Assembly: GCF_026571515.1 (NCBI RefSeq)
Contig: NW_026864528.1
Location: 1-64,000 of the forward strand
Direction: 5' to 3'
Source: Ruditapes philippinarum
Lineage: Eukaryota
DNA: 64,000 bases
Shown here: positions 1-11,386 of the stretch, piece by piece
How positions within the stretch are numbered: the stretch's first letter is position 1
Layout: each line of letters starts with the position of its first letter
The notes under the pieces: generated by a model
Databases searched by the model: none
What the model was told of the DNA's origin: nothing
The model's input: only the letters and a program-made list of their open reading frames with translations
Position numbers and translations under genes: made by a program

Positions 1-680
1 TTTTCCCTTTTTATTTTACGTTTGATATTCAATACTCTCTTTTGCTGTAAAGCGGTCTTGCTAAAAACATATCCGCTATACGTTCCAAGCCTTTCTTGTT
101 CTGTTTCTTGCCTTTATGCGATATCCTTCTTAAGATTTTCGTCAGTTGGGTGTATTGCGGCGTATTCGATATCAATTTCATCTAGATCTTGTTTGACACG
201 TTCAGCTTTAGACTGTAAACAGTTGCTTGTATGTCGACCTAAATCTTCGTCTTTTCTCTTTATTTTACGTTGATATTCAATACTCTCTTTGCTGTAAAGC
301 GGTCTTGCTAAAAACATATCCGCTATACGTTCAAGTCTTTCTTGTTCTGTTTCTTGCCTTTTCGCGTTATCCTTCTTAAGAGTTTCATCAGTCGGGTGTA
401 CTGCAGCGTATCCGATGTCAGTTAGTTCTAGATCTTGTTTATCACTCTCAGCTTTACTTTCGTCGTTTCTCTTCATTTTACGTTGATATTCAATACACTC
501 CTTGCTGTAAAGCGGTCTTGCTAAAAACATATCCGCTATACGTTCAAGTCTTTCCTTCTCTGTTTCATCTCTTTCAGTGATATTTTTTCTGAAATTGTCG
601 TCTGCATTTTCTGCCAATGGACGAATCTTTGCATATTCTATATCAACCATTACTAGATCTTGTTGATCTTTTTCAGCCAT
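1..680 (-). pseudogene. Repeat protein copy A, truncated or disabled, runs off window start
   Basis: Paralogue of copy B. The third repeat has AAA>TAA at 114-116 and then a 1-nt insertion near 86 (GAA AGG CTT GGA ACG versus GAA AGA CTT GAA CGT), although repeat homology continues to base 1. Confidence 0.6.
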
Positions 681-1529
681 TTTAGGCTGTGAAGAGCTTG
701 TTGCCAACCGTCAATGTTTGGCCAGCTCCGCTCTATGATTGCCGTCACTATGTGACGTCTTGACGTTCTTCCTTCTGTGACGTTATTAATTACGTCATGA
801 ACTTGTTGGTTAACGTTTGTTTTATTAATATCACTATTTGAAAGGGCTCTACCGAGATGAAAAATCTTAAGACAAAATTCGTTTTTTACAAAGATTAAGT
901 GAAGCACTTACAATGGAAAAATCTGCAAAGAATAATATTAAAATATACTCAGAATTAAATTGAAAAAAAGCCTTCTTTTGTGCAATTCTTAGCCCGATTT
1001 TAGCAAAGCTTTACAACGCAGTGAGAAATGATCTAAATAATTAACAAACGTTATTGGTTTATACCTACAGATCCAAATCTCGGAAAAAATATTTCCAGTC
1101 CCAGCATGTCATAAAACCTCAGTAAAGTCCCTTTTAAAAAGGACTCAACTGAGTTTTTTTTTTTGCATTATGGAACTTGGAATATTTTTCGAGATTAATG
1201 CTCCATTTGATGGTGATCTAGACCAAAAACTTGTGTGCAAAATGACATATTGTTCGCTCACTCTGCTTTTTATTTTTATTTTTATCAGAAAAAAATATTC
1301 TTATTGTGCAAAATGATCCAAAATTGAAAAGCATTGCAACGCTTTTCACTCAGATGGGGTTAAGAAAAGGCCTATAATACGATTTTCAATTTAATCTCAG
1401 TATATTTCTTAATTATCTTTCGCATACATTTCTATTATTATTGCCCCAGCTGATCAACGTAGGAAATTCAAATTTCAAGTTTTTAAGCGTAGGACCTTAG
1501 TGGAGTTTAAGTTTATTACACATTTTGTT

Positions 1530-1695
1530 AGGCTGTGTATTAAATCACATCGACAAAGTTCATATGGCGACTTAGCGCGGAAGACCTTGTGTGTTTTTAT
1601 TTCCATGCATTATTCAGGCGCGAACGGGTAGAACTGCCAGTCAGCTGAAATTATGCTTGTCGGATAGTTTCTTCCCAAATAAGAATGCAAAGTAT
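1530..1695 (-). mobile_element. SINE fragment (duplicate at ~24090-24275)
   Basis: catatggcgact and body motifs in reverse orientation. Confidence 0.6.
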
Positions 1696-2390
1696 AAAGT
1701 CGGAAAAAACACACACTACATTCAATTAAAACAAATACATGTATTTTACAACATATGCAAAGTCTAAAGTAAAAGAAAAACTTGTACTTACGGTTTATAA
1801 AAGTCTACAATGAAGAAAATAAAATTACTGCTGCATACTACAAGTAAAATTTATACAGTATTCTATTCTGTTCAATTCTAGTATATACAATACATTGTTG
1901 TAAGGGTCAAATGCCATATTAACGTTTCAGGTATATCATAAACATAAGCGATAAAACATATTGCCTTTATTAACTAATTCAATAATAAGTAAAAGAAACT
2001 TACATGGCGGTGCAACGTCTTGATGCGTTTCACTGTTAATTGTATCATACGCAGGCGGTGGTTCGAGATTTGCGACAGCAGACGGACTTTGTTCTCCTGG
2101 TTGCGCCGTCCCATCACTCGTACAGGTATCTTAAAAAAATAGAAGTTTTATGAACTCTTAGACAATCAATAATATATAAGAACATATTTTGACAGATTTT
2201 CCCAAATCCCTTAAAAGTCTCGTCATTCCGTTTTTAGACATTACTCAACCCTTCGTGATACTGTAAAGTGTAGAAGTTGTGTGAAAAAAAGAAGATGAAA
2301 ACACAAAGAGAGGCTGTTGAAACTTCAACTTTCATAAAATGACCCTATGAAAATAGTCCATGTTAGAAATTAGTTTAAAAGGGTAATTTT

Positions 2391-2612
2391 AGGTCTCTTT
2401 GGTATGGTGGCTACAGTTATTGACTTCAAGTCACTTGTCCCTTACCACTCTGGGTTCGAATCTCGTAAGGGTTTTTTTATTTGAGAAAACCATTCAGCTA
2501 GCTTATGGAAGACCGGAGGGTAATTAATCAGATTCTGCACGGGCATTAAATAAAGCACGGGAGACAAAGCTGCAACGCCGCCATATGACATGCAAAGTGT
2601 TGGTAACGTAAA
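2391..2612 (+). mobile_element. tRNA-derived SINE, degraded
   Basis: gggttcgaatc, cagctagcttatgga and cgccatatgac. Confidence 0.7.
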
Positions 2613-3484
2613 GCCATTGTTTGAATTCGTATCAGCTGATTTATTATTTTAGAACAATTCAAGTGACGCATATCCTGTACAGCAGGCTAAGAATAATTAT
2701 GAATCTGAACAAATACTAATAAATGTTGTACTCTAACCCTTAACTTGCACGAACCAAGGTTTTATACTGTTGACCGACTAACTTTATAACTCTTGATATC
2801 CCTAAATTGATAATGGAGAGTTCCAAAAATTAAAGCAGAACGAATCCATTACATAAAATAAGGTGGGTAAACTTTAAAATTGGAGATGTTTTATATATTT
2901 TACTGGATAATGAGTCAAACGCCGGAAGTTCAAAAAATAGAATAATTATACATGTACAACAATCTTCATATTCGTCTGCCTCATAAAGATTGGCGGGATT
3001 TTCTTTATAAAATATGGGTTTACACTGTCTGAACATGTTCTTATAAATCAAATTCTATAGATAGTTTCCGATAATCGCAGCGATTTTTACATTTGCCAAA
3101 AGAGGCAGCCATATTTTGTTCAATATTCTATTGAATACAATTGACAAAATATCTTAAAATCAATATTAACTGTTGATATGATAGAATTATTAGAGATTTT
3201 TTATCTTATCCTAATATTTAAAATATGATATAATCCCTAATGCTAAAGTTAAGCATATAAAATATTGTGAATGACCCTCAAAATGGCGACCATGTGTTCA
3301 AATGTTTAATTACTTTTACTACTTGTAGTATTTATTAAATCAAGAAGAATATTTAAAGAAACGCATCTGTTAGTTAATTCATCAGCAAATAATTGTAATA
3401 CCTCTTTCACGTAAGAGCTTCTGCAGTTTTAAGAAGTCCTCATCAACATTACTTTCCATATCGAACTAGAGTTAGGTCTGTGTT

Positions 3485-3785
3485 TACACCCTTGTGTTAC
3501 TGCGTTAACGGAGTTACTTCTCTTACACTGCGTTTTCTGGAGTTCCTTCCCTTACACTGCGTTATAGAAGTTTCTGCACTGCGTTATCAAAATTCCTTCC
3601 ACTACACTGCGTTATCAGAGTTTCTTCCCATCAATCTACGCAGTCAATCTCTTTCCTTCCACTACGTTATCCTTAATGTGTGTAATCGGAATTGCTTTCC
3701 TTTCTCTACGTTGTACACCAGCGTTATCTCAGAGTTTCTTCCCCTTTCACTGCGTTATCGGAATTTCTTCCCCTTACGCTACTTT
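3485..3785. repeat. Degenerate ~28-bp minisatellite (second copy ~25865-26165)
   Basis: Repeated ttcttcccttacactgcgttatc-like core. Confidence 0.75.
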
Positions 3786-6700
3786 TATTGATAATCTGAG
3801 AAATACAATTTTTAACTATGTGAAGATCAATCAATATAAGCTAATATTCATACAATATCGTGCCTATTATTTTATATATAAAAAGTATGCTACAAAATAA
3901 GTAACAACAGCTACGCCCCTGATACGTAATCCAATAAATGGATACACTACAGTTGCACGTCTAGATATCACATTACAGTACTTTTACTATGTACTTTTAC
4001 TTCAATCTTCTGCTCATGTATATATAGGTATAATATAATGTATCTTAATTAATAGAATCGCTGAAGCAATACAGATATGTAGGCTACTTTATGTTATCTA
4101 CTTTAGGCAACGATTAACATTGCCAAAAAAACACCTACGAAATAATCTACTTACAAAACAAAAATAATCCCAAATAATTCATAAGTTATCACACACAGCA
4201 CTAAAATAGTATGCTTTGAACGCCCATATCGGACATTATGTTGTGTTATTCTAAACACAGATCTATATGCAACATCAAGCATTCAACACAGCGCTGTGCA
4301 CACATACACAGGTTATCTGTTTCTCGAGAAATATCAACTATGTAATATGCACTGTTGTTTTTTCTTACAGTTTAAAAGGAGAATTATTTCAATGTGCGTC
4401 AAAATTTCATGCGCAATTTCGTCAATTTGCATAATTGAATTAATTAAGAAAATCAAAATTTAATTTCATATGTTAACAAGTATTAATTGTTCACATACAG
4501 AAATTTCATCGTATATAATTATATATACATTCTTAATCGGAAACATTGTATATTGGGTATAATTGAAAAGATAATATTTACAAATTAAAAACAAAAAAAA
4601 AGAATGAAATGTATAATGTTATAAGACTTTATTCACGAAAGATTGTTCACTAAATAGTAGAGCATCAGTAGTAATTTGCCGTTAACATAGAACATGCTCA
4701 TCAATTTATTATAACGCGGGCTATATTATACTTTACCTGTATAATCTCTTTCATCTACATGTATGTGAACGCTCCAGTATGCCGCGTTTTACAAAGGTCA
4801 AATACGCTATCGAATGTTCGGAAAAAATAAAACACTGTAAAATGAAAATGCGAAGTGCATAATAAAATATAGTAACCCATCAAGGTTTGGATATTTATTT
4901 ACGTTGTTTTTAAGTGAAGTTTTGACCAATAACACATTCTGTTACACCAGTAAATTTAAGTTCTCATACCCTCTCATTTGCGGAAGATTGCGACCACCTC
5001 CAATCCGCGCCTGTAAACAAAAATTACTCGTTCTTAAATTGTTTACATTACATGCACACATACAAAATGAAATTAAAGTATGTAGAGTTTTCTTACCTTG
5101 ATTTGAGAATAAAACCACCTGCGCAGTATATTCACTAACGTTTAGTTTAGTTGTTAAGCGAAATGGTGAAATATGAAATTATACTCTTCACTGCGACTTA
5201 ATGCATACAACGTTTAATTAATTAGCAATAAGTGAGGTATTTTGACTTTACGGCGAATGATCAATGGCCACACGTATTTACTTCCGTTCTAATTACATTT
5301 AATAAAGTACATTTAAACAGAATCGATGATGTATGTACGATCAAAGTCCGGTTTGCTCAGTACTAAAACAATACTCTGTCTTACTACACACTATTTATGG
5401 AAAACTATGAACTGTCCATTTTGCAGATGAAGGTCAAAGGCTGTTACGTGACCTCACTGTCACTTAGGATTTAGGGAGTTTACTATAGAAAACGTGAAAA
5501 AATATAAAAACTTAATAATGTAAATAAAACAGTCTTATTTAGTATAAAATATTATCTGAACTTTACATAATTAATTGAATATTACTTCATATTTTCTACA
5601 AATTTTACGGATTTTTTTTACTATTCTTTAAAATAAAGAACCAAAGTTTAGTAATTCCTCCCTTTATCTCGCAATATATGAAATCCGTGTATCCGGTTGA
5701 TTCAGATTCTGACGTTTATCCGTTTAAACGGTTCCGGTCGGTTTTTAGCCAAAATACACTTTGCCTATACATGGTATATGTGTTTTTTTATATCTATATA
5801 TAAAGTTGCCTAGATATGCCAAACAAAGTTCGGTTTAACACGATATTTTATAAACTGGTTATTCGTATAGTTGTTAGTTTTATTTATGAGTTGTTTAGTT
5901 TTTGAAGCTGAAGCCTTCCAGCTGGCTTACGAAAGCTGAAGATGTGTATTAAACAGAATAATTATTTCAAATTGTTTTGTTATTACAGTTTCTATGTTCC
6001 TTTGATTTAATTGTTGTGCTCTTTGAAACTTGTTTGACGGAGATTTAGTATTGTATTATATGTATTCGTAACGTAATTCTGTTCGGTGCAATTTCTTTTT
6101 CCAGTTTGCATGCACATGTATAAACTAGTGTGTCCGTTATGTCTGTACTTTATCTAGTTTCAGTTCTTTCTGTTAGTCTGTTTTACGTCTATTGTTACAT
6201 CTACTTGTAGTCTGTCCATTCCTATTTCTATTTTGTCTATTTTTCTGTACGAAATCTGCTGTGGTCATAGTATTATTTTTACAATAGGTTTATCTCTTAG
6301 ATTTGGTTTGCTAAATTGCTAATCATGGTCATGCAACTACATAGTTAGGTGAAGAAGCAGGCGCTTGTTTTGGTTGAGTCTATTATGTTTTGTTTAGGGG
6401 GTTGAGTTGTCATACACAAATTTACAATTTATATGCATTTATTTTTTTCCAATGATTGTTATTATCTTAAATGCTTCTGGGATTGTTGTTTCATCAATTC
6501 ATTTGTAAATAAGATTGTTATATGTCTATTAACGAAATAATTTTAATGAACACGAAATTAGTTCACACCTACATGTGTATTGGTAACGTTATGGTTTAAG
6601 CCAATGAAAACACGTCAATATTATTATACTCAGGCAGAGAAAAAGTGTGCAAAGAGTAAATCGATAATCTTTATGTAGCCAGCAAACTTTGAATTGCAAG

Positions 6701-7389
6701 TATTTTTTCATATCTTTTCGGCGAGGATTCGTATCGTAAAATGGCTGCCATTTACAGTATCAAGTGATTATCCCAAGCACCACCGCGACTTAGCGCGGGA
6801 ATTTTAATTATAGCTAACCTCGGCGCGTATACCTTTTTCATATTTTATTGTAATAAATATTTACAAACTGCGTATTTCGGGTTTTTTTTATCAATATATA
6901 ACCAATAATGATGTTAATATGAATAAATAATCATATCTCAAATCTTTGACTATGATTTACAATGAAATTCTACCTTAAGTGTATTAAAAAGGTTTTTAAT
7001 TTCCTGTAATTTTATTTTGTGATTATGCTTCAAAGCAGTCAATTGACTGTGAATTTTCTTTTCATATTTTGATTTCCTTAAAATCATTTTTCTCATCTGA
7101 AGGTATGCAACTTTAATATGGTGATACATTAATTACATTCCATGAAAATGTTTAAAGATATAAAACATCTTGTGACATGTTTGTTCATTTTACATTACAC
7201 CTTTAATTCAGCAAACATAAAGTCTTCACAAAAAGTAGTATGCAATCGTACCTATATTACATACGAATGTATGTAATATTTTTCTTGTTTACGTCATATA
7301 TATGTACAGAATCCGTTTGGTGCAAATCTGTTTCAATTGCTTCTTGTATGACATTTCTGTTAAGACCGTCCTTATTTATATGTGTACTT

Positions 7390-8770
7390 CAGTGTGCTTC
7401 CGTTAAGTATGTCCATGTATGTGTTTTTTTTTTCTGTGTATTTCCGTTAATAATGTGTGGTTCCGTTTAGTTTGTTCATGTATGTGTATTTCTGTGTATA
7501 TCCGTTTAGTATGTGCATGTATGTTTATTTCTGTGTATCCCCGTTAAGTCTGTATCTATGTATGTGTATGTGAATTTCTGTTAAGTCTGTATGTATGTGT
7601 TTGTGTAATACCGTTAAGTCTGTATGTATGTGTCTGTGTATTTCCGTTAAGTCTGACTGCGTATGTCTGTCCATGTATGTGTTGTATGTGTATTTTTCAT
7701 GTATTTGTATTTCCGTTAAGTCTGTCTGTATGTGTATGTTTGTGCATTTCCGTTTAGTCTGTCTGTATGTGTATGTCTGTGTATTTCCGTTTAGTATGTA
7801 TGTGTATGTCTGTCCATGTTTGTGTTGTATGTGTATTTTTTCATGTATGTGTATATCCGTTAAGTCTGTCTGTATGTATGTATGTGTATTTCCGTTAAGT
7901 CTGTCTGTATGTGTATGTGAACGTGTATTTCCGTTAAGTCTGTATGTATGTGTCTGTGTATTTCCGTTAAGCCTGACTGTGTATGTATGTCCATGTATGT
8001 GTTGTATGTGTATTTTTCATGTCTGTGTATTTCCGTTAAGTCTGTCTGTATGTGTACGTGTATTCCCGTTTAGTCTGTATGTATGTGTCTGTGTATTTCC
8101 GTTAAGTCTGACTGTGTATGTATGTCCATGTATGTGTTGTATGTGTATTTTTTCATGTATGTGTATATCCGTTAAGTCTGTCTGTATGTGTATGAATGTG
8201 AAGTTCCGTTAAGTCTGTCTGTATGTGTATGTGTATTTCTGGAAAGTATGTCTGTATTTGTATGTCTGTCCATGTATGTGCATGTATGTGTAGTTCCGTT
8301 AAGTCTGTCTGTATGTGTATGTAGGTTTATGTCTGTTAAGGGTGTCTGTATGTGTCTGTGTCTTTCCATTAAGTCTGTATGTTTGTGTATGCATGTTCAT
8401 GTATGCATGTGTCTTTCCGTTAAGTCTGTATGTTTGTGTATGCATGTTCATGTATGTATGTGTATTTCCGTTAAGTCTGTGTGTATGTGTGTATGCATGT
8501 CGATGTATTTGTACGTCTGTGTATTTTCGTTAAGTGTGTCAATGTCTGTGTATTTCCGTTAAGTTTGTCAATGTATGTGTACGTTTGTGTTTTTCCGTTA
8601 AGTACGGCCCTATTTGTGTATGTGTATGTCCATGTCTGTGTATTTCCGCTAAGTATGTATATGTATGTGTATGTATGTGTATTTCCGTTAAGTTTGTCCA
8701 TGTATGCGTATGTCTAAGTATTTTGTCTCTCCTAAGCTTAAGTCTGTTCATGTATGTGTATGTCTGTGTG
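7390..8770. repeat. GTAT/GTCT-rich satellite with core gtatttccgttaagtct
   Basis: Dozens of tandem variants; the source of the spurious Cys/Val/Met-rich ORFs. Confidence 0.9.
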
Positions 8771-8845
8771 TTTTCGTCTAACATTACTTGCGGTATGTAT
8801 TATTTGTATGTTCTTATCCGTTCAGTCTCTAGTCATTTAGTATGT

Positions 8846-8921
8846 GGAGTAGCGGGGGATCGACCTTGCGACCCCTTGAATCGTAGACAGTCAGTGTTAC
8901 CACTGCACCACAGCGCCCGCT
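8846..8921 (-). mobile_element. tRNA-like (Pol III box) head adjoining the satellite
   Basis: Minus strand shows A-box TGGTGCAGTGG and B-box-like GGTCGATCC; the acceptor stem does not pair. Confidence 0.5.
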
Positions 8922-10940
8922 CTGATTTATAACTGTTTTGGAAACTCCTATATACATTATCTCTTCAATGGCTTAGAGTTTTGCAATTAAATTTTAACAC
9001 CTTAATCCTGGTGGCCAACCCACGTGCATTTTGGGAATATCGTAAAGATCATCACTTGATACAGGTAATCGTTTACTTTTGTTGTTACTTGATAATTTTT
9101 CTGTAAAAAAAGCTTAACTTTATCAGAAGGCGGTGTAATCCCTTAACTACTTTTGTAGAATTTTCCTGATGTAGTGATTTAGTGAACGTGATTTATTTTT
9201 TAGAACCACTATTGTGTCATAAATGACAAACACATGTACTTAAATTGTCTCAGATCTCTATATTAAAGCAATTAACAGGTCAATATGCAGGTAATGAAAC
9301 GTGTAGGATCCTATTAGAAACTTGTCTCGGAATATGATGTAAAATTACTTTTTAATAAGTATTTCGAAATCGTACATCACATGACGTATGCACTATATCT
9401 CAAGAGATCTATATTGTAAAAATTTTTGGAATTGCAGACGACACATACTATTTCGGACTTAATGGACGTATGACATCAAGGGAGCTAATTTAAGATACAA
9501 TAAGATACAAAATACAGATTCCTATACAAAACATTAACTTTATTTATAGCAAAAACTGTATAGCAAAAACATTCAGATATTATCACTGACAAATATGCTG
9601 AGATAAATGATAAGACGTTTGTTTTATTTCATAGCCTCCACATTATACATCATCATGTACATCATACAAAAGTTACATCATACAAAATAAGAAAATATAC
9701 GAAACAATTGTACAACAGCAAATTGAGAATTTTCAAATAATTTATTTAAGCAAAAGGTAAAAAATCTAAGGCATATTTTATGTATCAATTTCATACTCTT
9801 GTATGGTAACATAATTATGATATGCTTAATTCTGTAGAGGCATTTACTCAACTGATATACCAACAATGCTCACTTTCTCTGTCCGTACACCTCAAGTCAC
9901 GTGAGTAAAATTACCTGTATAACATTTCAATAATGCAAGATAATCCATCTACAGTAAACTCCTCTTAAAAAGAAATCGTTTATATGGATATACCTCCTAT
10001 ATCGATATACCGCCTATGTCGATGCTGTTGCCGCGGTCCTGACTCAGTCTGTCTTACAAGCCAAAAACAACAATATGACAATGGTACTAGGAACTTTAAG
10101 GCTATACTTGATAAAGGCATTAAGGCAGAATGAAAAATGTACAACATAATTATCTGCCCTTGAATTTGCAAATTTCAGTGATGTCAAAGGAAGTTAACTT
10201 ACATAAAGGTTTTGCATACCTTACTTTTTCTTCTGGTTACTTTTTTACTTTATCCATTGTCACAATACAAAATTTCGTTCCATTAAACGTTTTTGTTACA
10301 TTTTTTTTTCAACGTCAAATGACTGAAAATTCATTAAAAATATACCATTTTGTAAAGAAAATTGGCTTAGGTTTAAAGTGGATTGGTCTACAATGGGAAT
10401 ATTTTCCAAAATTATTTCAAATACAAATAAAAACAATAGAATTGTGTCATTTGGATATTCTTATGAAACAATTATTCGGGGGGAAAAAGGTTGACAAAGG
10501 TCTTAGGTCCTATGAAATTTTGTATGATGAATATTAATATTTTGTTCTAGAACATTTTATTAATTGCTATATAGATATAATTATGTTGTGTTGGCTTATA
10601 TATCTCACACTTGTCAATAACATTTATGAATAATTTTACGTGGTTTGTTATTATGTCCGTTACTAAAAGCTATTAACGACTATTAAAGCCTTAAAGTATC
10701 ATACATTGTTGTCAATTTTATTGCGCTTTTGTCCTACGCAGAATGCGCATGCGCGAAATGCAACATTGGTTGCTATGGAAGAATCGTATTGTAAAAAGGT
10801 CTATTGATGACATTTCATTATTATAGGCCATTCACTTGAAAAGAAGAACAATAAAAAAAATACCCTAAAGCAGTTTTTTTTAAATTTTTCAGTCCCACGA
10901 AAGGAAGTCAGCTACATGTAAAATGTACATGAAAAACAAA

Positions 10941-11177
10941 TGAGCCGTGTCATGACAAAACCAACATATTGGGTTAGCGACCAGCATGGATCCAGACCAG
11001 CCTGCGCATCCGCGCAGTCTGATCAGGATCCATGCTGTTCGCTATCAGTTTCCCTACTTGTAATAGGGTTTGTAAGCGAACAGCATGGATCCTGATCAGA
11101 CTGCGCGGATGCGCAGGCTGGTCTGGATCCATGCTGGTCGCAAACACATTATGTTGGTTTTGTCGTGACGCGGCTCA
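10941..11177. mobile_element. Palindromic ~240-bp MITE (TGAGCCG...CGGCTCA)
   Basis: About 100-bp inverted arms containing cagcatggatccagaccagcctgcgcatccgcgcagtctgatcaggatc; four copies in the window. Confidence 0.88.
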
Positions 11178-11386
11178 AATTTTTGATCATCCTACGAGAA
11201 ACTGTGAATTACCTGTCCTTCAGATATTAAAGAAATTTTCAAATTCAAGGGCAGATAACTAGAAATTAATTTCTGTAAAAAAAAACCTTGTAATACATGT
11301 ATATACCTTTGAACTCATATTTCACCAAAGCGTTTCATTTTGTCTTCATACATTGCTTTCATAAGAAAGCCAAAATTCGAATGTTT

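Larger units (their letters stand above)
922..5180 (-). other. Candidate upstream exons of copy A: ~5097-5180, 4737-4834, 2004-2129, micro-exon 1792-1804, acceptor at 922
   Basis: Donors AG|GTAAGA, AG|GTAAAG, AT|GTAAGT and CC|GTAAGT with pyrimidine-rich YAG acceptors, all on the minus strand. I could not build a frame continuous with the main CDS. Confidence 0.4.

Noticed and set aside
8846-8921. Possible amber-suppressor tRNA (CTA in the anticodon-like loop)
   Set aside because: Acceptor and T stems do not pair and there is no canonical TTC loop; it fits a repeat-element head.
7240-8932. Cys/Val/Met-rich and His/Thr-rich ORFs
   Set aside because: Translations of the GTAT/GTCT satellite, open in many frames; the same applies to 30249-31834.
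11032-11262. Recurrent 'WILIRLRGCAGWS' and 'MDPDQT' ORFs (also 19470, 48308, 49492)
   Set aside because: Chance translations of the palindromic MITE.
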